Source of the DNA: an uncultured SAR86 cluster bacterium
GTDB taxonomy: Bacteria > Pseudomonadota > Gammaproteobacteria > Magnimaribacterales > D2472
Assembly (NCBI GenBank): GCA_902599315.1
Contig: CACKEY010000002.1
Coordinates: forward strand, 151,647-215,646
Length of the DNA stretch: 64,000 nt
Reading direction: 5' to 3'
Position numbers and translations under genes: made by a program. How positions within the stretch are numbered: the stretch's first letter is position 1; each line of letters begins with the position of its first letter. Under the pieces are notes generated by a model, which did no database searches, was not told the DNA's origin, and saw only the letters and a list, made by a program, of their open reading frames with translations. Positions 56,697 through 64,000 of the stretch are shown here, piece by piece.

Positions 56697-57076
56697 ACTT
56701 GGGAAGTAACTTCAGAACTAAAGTTTTTATCACTGTCCACAGTGAAACTCTCTCCACATCCACAAACTGAAGTTGCATTTGGATTATGGAATTTAATACC
56801 TTTGTTAAAGCCATCTTCTTCATAATCGACTTTACTACCTTTTAGAAATTCAAAGCTTTTTGGATCAATTAAAAATGTACAATCATCGTGCTTGATTACT
56901 GTATCATCGTGAGCATGAGTTTCTTCGTATTCAAAAAAATATTCATATCCTGAACATCCAGCTTTCTTCACACCAATTCTGATGGATTGATTTACTTTTT
57001 CTTTTTTAAGCAATCCAGAAAAGTGTGAAATCGCTACATCGGAAAATTGAAGTTGCTCAGGCTTAAATTTATCCAT
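56684..57076 (-). CDS. iscA: A-type Fe-S carrier IscA with a ~17-aa C-terminal extension
   Basis: AGCSGYEY, NPNATSVCGCGESF. Confidence 0.93.
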   Translation of the reverse strand: MDKFKPEQLQFSDVAISHFSGLLKKEKVNQSIRIGVKKAGCSGYEYFFEYEETHAHDDTVIKHDDCTFLIDPKSFEFLKGSKVDYEEDGFNKGIKFHNPNATSVCGCGESFTVDSDKNFSSEVTSQVKKK

Positions 57077-57082
57077 ATTTAA

Positions 57083-57487
57083 CTACTGCTTTTGCTCAAA
57101 GTCATCTATTGCCTGTCTAATAGAATCTTCTGCTAAAACAGAACAATGAATTTTTATTGGAGGAAGCTCTAATGCCTCAGCAATTTCAACATTCTTTATT
57201 TCTCTAGCTTCCTCAAGAGTTTTACCGATGAGCATATCAACTATTTCACTTGATGATGCAATAGCTGAACCACATCCATATGTTTTAAATTTGACATCTT
57301 TAATAACGTGAGTATTGCCTTTAGATTCGCACTTTATTTGCAACTTCATAACATCACCGCATGCAGGTGCGCCAACCATTCCGGTACCAACATTGGCTTC
57401 TTTAGGATCGAACCTTCCTACATTGAATTTTTCAGGCTCATTAAGTGTTTTTTCGAACTTATCAATTACTTTTCTACTATATGCCAT
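57083..57487 (-). CDS. iscU: Fe-S scaffold IscU
   Basis: GAPACGDVMKLQ, TYGCGSAIASSS, LPPIKIHCS; GGGAGG SD before ATG 57487. Confidence 0.96.
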   Translation of the reverse strand: MAYSRKVIDKFEKTLNEPEKFNVGRFDPKEANVGTGMVGAPACGDVMKLQIKCESKGNTHVIKDVKFKTYGCGSAIASSSEIVDMLIGKTLEEAREIKNVEIAEALELPPIKIHCSVLAEDSIRQAIDDFEQKQ

Positions 57488-57503
57488 AAATACCTCCCAA
57501 TAT

Positions 57504-58730
57504 TTAATGGGTTTGCCATTCAACTGTATCTAGATCAACCCCATCTAAATACATTTCCCACAATGGAGATAACTCTCTAAGCCTATCAACAGCGTGGTTA
57601 ATCAAAGATAATGTATAATCTACATCCTCTTCAGTGGTAAATCTTCCAAAAGAAAAACGAATTGAGCTTGATGCAAGCTCATCTTTTCTTCCAAGCGCTC
57701 TAAGAACATAGGATGGCTCCAAACTTGCGGAGGTGCAAGCCGATCCTGAGGATACAGCAATGTCTTTCAAAGCCATAATTAATGATTCTCCTTCAACATA
57801 TGCAAAGCTAATATTTAATATATTGCTAACTTTATTATTCATATCGCCATTAACATAAATTTCCTCAATCTTGGAAACAGAATCATAAAACTTGTTATGT
57901 AATGACTGTACTTTTTTTATATCCCTATCCATTTCCTCTTTTGCAATCCTAAATGCTTCTCCCATTCCAACAATCTGGTGAGTAGCCAAAGTGCCAGATC
58001 GCATACCTCTTTCATGACCACCACCATGAATTTGAGCTTCAATTCTTACACGTGGCTTCCTTCGAACAAATAATGCTCCCACTCCCTTAGGCCCATATGT
58101 TTTATGAGCTGAAAATGACATTAAATCTACAGGAAGAGTGGTTAAGTCAATTGGTACTTTGCCAGTACTCTGTGCAGCGTCTACGTGAAAGAATATTCCT
58201 TTTTCTCGAGCAATTTTTCCAATGCTTTCCAAATCATTAATTGTGCCTAGTTCATTATTAATATGCATAATTGAAATCAAAATAGTATCTTCTCTTATTG
58301 CATTCAAAATAGCTTCGTCAGTTATAAGACCACCCTCGTTTGGTTCTAAGTAAGTAACTTCAAAACCATCTCTTTCTAATTGTCTGCATGGATCTAAGAC
58401 CGCTTTATGTTCTATCTTTGACGTAATAATATGTTTACCTTTAGATTGATAAAAATTTGCTATTCCTTTTATAGCTAAGTTATCGGCCTCAGTAGCACCA
58501 GAAGTCCAAACTATTTCTCTAGGATCGCAGCCAACTAAATTTGCGACATGAGATCTTGCTTCCTCAACAGATTCCTCAGCCTTCCAACCGAATTTATGCG
58601 AACGTGATGCAGGATTTCCAAAATTACCATCTAAAGTTAAATGATCAGATATTTTTTTTGCAACTCTTGGATCAACAGGTGTCGTAGAAGCATAATCCAT
58701 GTAAATCGGTAGTGTAACTTTTGTGCTCAT
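57504..58730 (-). CDS. iscS: Cysteine desulfurase IscS
   Basis: [26 protein letters not shown]. Confidence 0.98.
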   Translation of the reverse strand: MSTKVTLPIYMDYASTTPVDPRVAKKISDHLTLDGNFGNPASRSHKFGWKAEESVEEARSHVANLVGCDPREIVWTSGATEADNLAIKGIANFYQSKGKHIITSKIEHKAVLDPCRQLERDGFEVTYLEPNEGGLITDEAILNAIREDTILISIMHINNELGTINDLESIGKIAREKGIFFHVDAAQSTGKVPIDLTTLPVDLMSFSAHKTYGPKGVGALFVRRKPRVRIEAQIHGGGHERGMRSGTLATHQIVGMGEAFRIAKEEMDRDIKKVQSLHNKFYDSVSKIEEIYVNGDMNNKVSNILNISFAYVEGESLIMALKDIAVSSGSACTSASLEPSYVLRALGRKDELASSSIRFSFGRFTTEEDVDYTLSLINHAVDRLRELSPLWEMYLDGVDLDTVEWQTH

Positions 58731-59167
58731 GATTGAATTTCCTTAAGAGTTATATGGGGCCTCTCAGGCTTTTCTACAAGATCTATAATTGATATTTCAC
58801 TTAAAAAATTATCAACTACATTATTTAAGTCATCCCACAGCTTGTGCGAGTTACACTTATTACCAAAATGACATGTTGAAGTACCTGAGCAATTGGTTGA
58901 GTCTAGATTTTCTTCAACTGCTTCCATAATTTTTTTGATGGTTATATTTTTGGGGCTTGTGGCATATACATATCCGCCCTTTCTGCCTCTAACACTCTTC
59001 ACAATGCCTGCTATTCTAAGTTTTCTGAATAATTGCTCAAGATATGTCAGATTGATGCCCTGCCTAGCTGAGATATCTTTTAAAGAGACAGGAGAATCAT
59101 AAGCAGATGAATATTCTAGGTCTGCCAAAGCATTAACTGCATAGTGGCTTTTAGTTGTAAAATTCAT
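58727..59167 (-). CDS. iscR: Rrf2-family regulator IscR
   Basis: [16 protein letters not shown]-x5-C-x5-C-x2-H ligands ([16 protein letters not shown]). Confidence 0.92.
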   Translation of the reverse strand: MNFTTKSHYAVNALADLEYSSAYDSPVSLKDISARQGINLTYLEQLFRKLRIAGIVKSVRGRKGGYVYATSPKNITIKKIMEAVEENLDSTNCSGTSTCHFGNKCNSHKLWDDLNNVVDNFLSEISIIDLVEKPERPHITLKEIQS

Positions 59168-59180
59168 GCAGGTATTATCA

Positions 59181-59205
59181 ATACCTGAGTAAATTAGTCA
59201 AGTTT
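59181..59205. promoter_or_regulatory. IscR type-1 operator overlapping the isc promoter -35 and the purC stop
   Basis: ATACCTGAGTAAATTAGTCAAGTTT closely matches the type-1 consensus ATASYYGACTRWWWYAGTCRRSTAT; minus strand TTGACT-N16-GATAAT. Confidence 0.8.
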
Positions 59206-59913
59206 AATTTGCATTCCAAGGCGTTCGCCAACTTCTCCATACGTTTCAATAACATTTCCAAGGTCTTGACGAAATCTATCTTTATCCATTTTTGTAAGGG
59301 TATCTTTATCCCATAAACGACAACCATCGGGCGTAAACTCGTCAGCAAGCAACATCTTTTCATCAAGTTTTCCAAACTCTAATTTATAGTCAACTAAAAT
59401 TAAATTAGCTTCCATAAAAAAATCTACCAAAATATTATTTATTTTCAGGGTTAAGTCCCTCATTGCATCTGCATCTTCTTGAGTAGCCCATCCAAACGAC
59501 TCAATATGATGATCATTAATTAATGGATCACCAAGATCATCATCCTTTAGAAAAAATTCAAATAATGGTGGATCAAGTATCAGGCCATCCTCAATTCCCA
59601 ATCTTTTACATAATGAGCCTGTTGCCCTATTCCTAACAACACATTCAATTGGAAACATTTCTAATTTATAAACAAGGGATTCATGATTGGATAACAATTT
59701 TATAAAATGTGTTTCTATTCCTTTCGATGCAAGAAACTCCATGACAAATGCATTAAATTGATTATTAACCTTCCCTTTGTTGTCTAAAGCCTCAACTTTT
59801 TTGCCATCAAAAGCAGATGTGTCATCTCTAAACTCCATGATTAACTGATCAGGCTCATTGGTGGTATATAAAGATTTAGCTTTTCCGGTGGTAATTTGCG
59901 ATATTTTTTCCAT
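59194..59913 (-). CDS. purC: SAICAR synthase
   Basis: GKAKSLY, ECVVRN, KDDDLGDP, LVDYKLEFG, DKDRFR. Confidence 0.97.
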   Translation of the reverse strand: MEKISQITTGKAKSLYTTNEPDQLIMEFRDDTSAFDGKKVEALDNKGKVNNQFNAFVMEFLASKGIETHFIKLLSNHESLVYKLEMFPIECVVRNRATGSLCKRLGIEDGLILDPPLFEFFLKDDDLGDPLINDHHIESFGWATQEDADAMRDLTLKINNILVDFFMEANLILVDYKLEFGKLDEKMLLADEFTPDGCRLWDKDTLTKMDKDRFRQDLGNVIETYGEVGERLGMQIKLD

Positions 59914-59918
59914 AATAT

Positions 59919-60920
59919 TTAACTTAGTAATTCATTAATTTTAGATATTAAAGCCTCAGCTTCTTCTTCAGAACCATCCAAAGCCTCAACATAAATGTTA
60001 GTTTTTCCATTCAAGACTTCAAGCTTTATTTTAAATTCAGCTTCTTCCCCTAGCAATAGGGAAGTATTATTTTCATCATTATTAAAATTAAGAAATGAAA
60101 ACCAGCCCTCTTCTTCAGTCTCCACAGCATAACTTACAAAAAATAATCCATTGTCTCTGTCAATATCATTTGAGGTAATTTTTCCTGCATCTAACGCTCT
60201 GCTTACTGCCGACCAGGCTCTATCGAATCCAAGATTTAACTCTATGATTGTTTGATCATTTAAATTAAAAATTTTAGTTTTCTTTCGATCATTTAAATTT
60301 TGTGCTGCTAAAGATGTTCCAGAAAAAGAAGAAACTGAACTAGCAAAAAACTGAACTATATCGCTTAACTGATCTTGTATAAATTCTGGATCCTGCACTA
60401 ACGCTTCAGATGGATCTGTGGCAAAAGTTGAAAGGAATATTTCGGTTGATGCTTCCTTTATACCATGCTCAATTGTAACTTTAAAATTTATATTATCTGA
60501 AAATTCAACAAGTATTACTCCTGTATCAGGATTTGCATCTATGATATTTAAAGAAAGTGCTTCAAAATAATTTTTAGCTATGGGCCATGAAGTTGAAGGG
60601 AGAGTCTCCACATAGACCCACATAAGCTCACCTAATCTACGAAGTTGAATCTCATTAGACTCACCTGAAGAAAAAATTTGCCGAGGAGCTGGAATATTTT
60701 GAACCTCAACAAAATTTTCATTTAAACCAATCGGAGGATAATGATCATCTTTTTGTATTTTAGTACTATCATTTTTTGGCAGAGTAAGATCCTCTGACAA
60801 TTTCTCATCAAAAAAATCATTTTTAGTTTCAGGAAAAAACCCTTCTGGCCCAGTTATATATGAACAACTCGTAAACCAATAAATTAAAAATAAAGAAGAA
60901 AAAAAATTAAGATTTTTCAT
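59919..60920 (-). CDS. bamC: Outer-membrane assembly lipoprotein BamC (NlpB)
   Basis: Lipobox FTSC, FDRAWS...DIDR; dapA-bamC-purC synteny. Confidence 0.85.
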   Translation of the reverse strand: MKNLNFFSSLFLIYWFTSCSYITGPEGFFPETKNDFFDEKLSEDLTLPKNDSTKIQKDDHYPPIGLNENFVEVQNIPAPRQIFSSGESNEIQLRRLGELMWVYVETLPSTSWPIAKNYFEALSLNIIDANPDTGVILVEFSDNINFKVTIEHGIKEASTEIFLSTFATDPSEALVQDPEFIQDQLSDIVQFFASSVSSFSGTSLAAQNLNDRKKTKIFNLNDQTIIELNLGFDRAWSAVSRALDAGKITSNDIDRDNGLFFVSYAVETEEEGWFSFLNFNNDENNTSLLLGEEAEFKIKLEVLNGKTNIYVEALDGSEEEAEALISKINELLS

Positions 60921-61819
60921 ATTAATTCTAATTTTGATAATTCATTGGAAATTTCCTCATGAAAAACTTTATTTAAAGAAACGAGTGGGAGTCTAATTCC
61001 AGAATCAATTTTTTTCATTTTCTCTAGTGCCCATTTTACAGGAATTGGATTAGATTCAACGAATAAAAGGTCATATAGATTAAGAAATCTTTTGTTTAGA
61101 TCGATTGCTTTACTAAATTCTTCGCTCAAATTAAATTTACAGATCTGAGAAATATCTTTAGGAACGACATTTGCAGCAACTGAGATTACTCCGTCAGCTC
61201 CCTTTTCCATGAATAAATTAAAAGTTGGGTCATCTCCAGATAGTATTGAGAAGTTTTTTTTATCTTTTAATTTTTCTTTAATTTCAAGAAGTTCATGCAT
61301 TCTTTGCTCGTCATCTACTGCCTCTTTGATCCCGATAATATTCTGATGATCAGATAGACGAAAGACTGTTTCAGGCTTCAAGTCACATGCTGTTCTCGAA
61401 GGAACGTTATACAAAATTTGGGGAATATTGACTGCATCAGCAATTTTTAAATAATGTTTGAATAGGCCTTCTTGATTAGGTTTATTATAATAAGGTGTTA
61501 CAACTAATGCATAATCAGCTCCAAGGTTAAAAGCTGTTTTGGTTAGTTCTATGGCTTCCTGTGTCGAATTAGCTCCTGTTCCCGCAATTACAGGAACTCT
61601 TCCGTTGGAATATTCTATTGTCTTCTCAATAATTTCTAGATGCTCCACAACATTGACAGTAGCTGATTCACCAGTTGTTCCAACAGAAACGATTCCACTT
61701 ATACCATCTTTGATTTGCCATTCAACAAGATCCTTTAATGATCCATAGTCCAACTCACCATTTGGGAGCATTGGGGTAACTAAAGCTACAAAACTTCCTT
61801 GAAGGGGTTGCATCATCAT
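60917..61819 (-). CDS. dapA: 4-hydroxy-tetrahydrodipicolinate synthase
   Basis: GTTGES, PYYNKP, YNVPSRT, GIKEA, NPIPVK. Confidence 0.97.
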   Translation of the reverse strand: MMMQPLQGSFVALVTPMLPNGELDYGSLKDLVEWQIKDGISGIVSVGTTGESATVNVVEHLEIIEKTIEYSNGRVPVIAGTGANSTQEAIELTKTAFNLGADYALVVTPYYNKPNQEGLFKHYLKIADAVNIPQILYNVPSRTACDLKPETVFRLSDHQNIIGIKEAVDDEQRMHELLEIKEKLKDKKNFSILSGDDPTFNLFMEKGADGVISVAANVVPKDISQICKFNLSEEFSKAIDLNKRFLNLYDLLFVESNPIPVKWALEKMKKIDSGIRLPLVSLNKVFHEEISNELSKLELI

Positions 61820-61862
61820 TGTTTTCAGTAAAAAATAAAACTATACACTTTTTAAGGAAATT

Positions 61863-62336
61863 ATGGCTAAAAATCTAGAGGGAAAGAAATGTCCCAAATT
61901 TGTGGCAGACGCTACAAGCGATAAAACTATTTCAAATAACACATTTAATGATCAAAACTTTGTAATATATTTTTATCCAAAAGACTCTACACCGGGTTGT
62001 ACTACAGAAGGTCAAGAATTTAGGGACAGTTACGAAAAATTTAAAAAATTGAATACTGAAATATTAGGCGTCTCAAGAGAGTCAATTAAATCTCATGAAA
62101 ATTTTAAGTCTAAACAAAATTTTCCATTTGAACTTTTATCAGATCCAGATGAGAAAGTTTGCAAAGCATTTGATGTAATGAAACTAAAATCAATGTATGG
62201 AAGAGAATATATGGGAGTTGACAGAAGTACATTTATTGTAGATACAAAGGGTAAAATAATTAAGGAATGGAGAGGCGTAAAAGTCAAAGGACATGTTGCG
62301 GAAGTATTGGACGCGGTAAAAGAGCTTACTAAATAA
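61863..62336 (+). CDS. bcp: Peroxiredoxin BCP
   Basis: YFYPKDSTPGCTTE, RSTF. Confidence 0.92.
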   Translation: MAKNLEGKKCPKFVADATSDKTISNNTFNDQNFVIYFYPKDSTPGCTTEGQEFRDSYEKFKKLNTEILGVSRESIKSHENFKSKQNFPFELLSDPDEKVCKAFDVMKLKSMYGREYMGVDRSTFIVDTKGKIIKEWRGVKVKGHVAEVLDAVKELTK

Positions 62337-62345
62337 AAAAGTTTG

Positions 62346-63395
62346 CTAAATCTTTTTAGGCCAAGAATTCCAAATAGCTTTTATTAAAGTTGCTATTGGG
62401 ATTGCAAAAAAAATACCCCAAAAACCAAATAATCCACCAAAAACAAATACTGCTAGCATTATTATCACTGGATGCAATTTCACTGCATCTGAAAATAATA
62501 AAGGAGAGAGAAGATATCCATCTAATATTTGTAATAATATATATGCTCCTATTAATAGCCAAAAATCAAAAGTAATGCCAAATTGAAGCAAGCCAACTGC
62601 AGCAACCGGAATGGTTACAGCAAATGCTCCAATAAATGGTATCAGGACTGAAAATCCAACTAAAACTGATAAAAGTGCAATATATTCCAATCCAAATAGA
62701 ATAAATGTAAAAGCTGCAGCACAGCCAACAATGACAATTTCAATTGCCTTGCCTCTTGTATAATTGCTTAACTGCTGATCCATTTCAATCCATACACTCT
62801 TAAGCATTTCTCTTTCTTTGGGTAGAATTTTTAGAAATCCAGAAATTATTTCAGCCCTATCAAATAAAAAGAAAAAAACTAAAATTGGAAAAAGTATTAA
62901 GTTTATTGCTATTGTTGCAGTGTTTTGGATGCCCGCTATCGAGGCTTGAAGAAAGTTTTGTGAAATATCTGTAATTTGGCCTGAAAGGCTTTGTAAAAAT
63001 GCAGTAATTTGATCTGATGATACTAAATCAGGATAATTTTGAGGAATATTTTGAATGAAAATCATTGAAGAATTAACCCATTTTGGAATTTCTAGAATCA
63101 ATGATTGAGTTTGTTGATAGACTAATGGAGCTAGCCAAAGTATCAACGCAATGCCAAGTAATAAGAATAATCCATATGTAAGTACTAACGATATATTGCT
63201 GCTAAGACCAGTGATCTCGAGCCTTTTCTGCATACCAACCAATAAATATGCAAAAATTATACTTATCAGAAAAGGGGTGAGTATATTACCTAGGAAAAAT
63301 AGTATAAAAAAAGCAACGATTAAAAGGATTGCAAAAACTAAAGTCTCCTCATTAGAAAATATTTTTTTTAATAAATTATTTAGATCTTCAAGCAC
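62346..63395 (-). CDS. perM: AI-2E family transporter (PerM-like)
   Basis: LIPFIGA, PLLFSDAVKLHP, GGLFGFWGIFFAIP. Confidence 0.85.
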   Translation of the reverse strand: MLEDLNNLLKKIFSNEETLVFAILLIVAFFILFFLGNILTPFLISIIFAYLLVGMQKRLEITGLSSNISLVLTYGLFLLLGIALILWLAPLVYQQTQSLILEIPKWVNSSMIFIQNIPQNYPDLVSSDQITAFLQSLSGQITDISQNFLQASIAGIQNTATIAINLILFPILVFFFLFDRAEIISGFLKILPKEREMLKSVWIEMDQQLSNYTRGKAIEIVIVGCAAAFTFILFGLEYIALLSVLVGFSVLIPFIGAFAVTIPVAAVGLLQFGITFDFWLLIGAYILLQILDGYLLSPLLFSDAVKLHPVIIMLAVFVFGGLFGFWGIFFAIPIATLIKAIWNSWPKKI

Positions 63396-63483
63396 TTTTT
63401 ATATTTAATTTTGTCATTAAAATGGTATGTTAATTGAAATTACTTAATAGTGTAAGCTTTCAATCAATTCAATAATTTAAGAA

Positions 63484-64000
63484 ATGCTTCATAAAATTTA
63501 TCTTCTAATTCTGTTTATACTCTCTACACCTTTGCTTGCGCAGAACAAAGACCTCAATTTACCAGAACTAGGTGATAGAGTCTCTGGAGTTATTTCCCTA
63601 GAACAAGAAAGAATCCTAGGGCAAGGATTCCTAGAACAAGTCTATGCTCAAGCACCGTTAATATATGATCCAATTATTCAAGAATATACTGAGCTACTCA
63701 TATACAGACTTTCAGAAACATCTCAAGTGGAGGATAGAGAATTTTCAATTGTTCTAATTGATGACAAATCGTTAAATGCTTTTGCAGCACCAGGAGGGAT
63801 AATTGGGGTAAATGGTGGCCTGTTCTTAAATGCTGATAATGAGGCACAACTTGCTTCTGTCTTAGGCCATGAATTAGCACATTTAAGCCAAAGGCATTTT
63901 GCAAGAAATGTATTACGTGGAAGAGACTCAAATTTGGCATCATCATTAGTGATGATATCAGCCATTGCCTTAGCAATAGTTTCTAATAATCCTACAGCTT
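63484..64000 (+). CDS. bepA: M48 metalloprotease BepA/YfgC, runs off the right edge
   Basis: Manual translation: signal peptide, LPELGD, NAFAAPGG, LASVLGHELAHLSQRH (HExxH); divergent from perM. Confidence 0.88.
   Translation, partial: MLHKIYLLILFILSTPLLAQNKDLNLPELGDRVSGVISLEQERILGQGFLEQVYAQAPLIYDPIIQEYTELLIYRLSETSQVEDREFSIVLIDDKSLNAFAAPGGIIGVNGGLFLNADNEAQLASVLGHELAHLSQRHFARNVLRGRDSNLASSLVMISAIALAIVSNNPTA

Noticed and set aside
59178-59375. 65-aa alternative-frame ORF between purC and iscR
   Set aside because: Lies almost entirely within purC in another frame, with no motif support.
63698-63976. Minus-strand ORFs at the right edge
   Set aside because: Antisense to bepA, which the track missed because it runs off the window.

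Overview
An AT-rich, very compact chromosomal segment from a streamlined gammaproteobacterium. Gene content and order suggest a marine SAR86-like lineage, which is an inference. Most of it is core housekeeping: prfB-lysS; rpsP-rimM-trmD-rplS-xerD-dsbC-hom-thrC; groSL; murJ-ribF-ileS-lspA-ispH-ampD-ampG; sdhCDAB-sucAB-lpd-sucCD; dapA-bamC-purC-iscRSUA-fdx-iscX-ndk-rlmN-rodZ-ispG-hisS-yfgM-bamB-der; and bcp-perM-bepA. A small lipid-catabolic cluster holds two acyl-CoA synthetases, an LLM oxidoreductase and selO. I found no rRNA, tRNA, CRISPR array, IS or prophage. The strongest leads are: (1) ribosomal protein L19 carries a ~153-aa N-terminal extension with an FtsY/MinD-like membrane-targeting helix, a Rho_N/HeH-like motif and an acidic repeat linker, while ffh (the SRP protein) is missing from its usual slot at the head of the same operon, which suggests possible ribosome-membrane tethering without SRP; (2) fdx has no canonical start codon and joins iscA through an A10 tract where hscBA normally sit; (3) the malate dehydrogenase has a 6-residue insertion in its specificity loop; (4) an actinobacterial-type FadD/FadD19/LLM cluster. 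Family assignments come from motif recognition only; no database searches were run.
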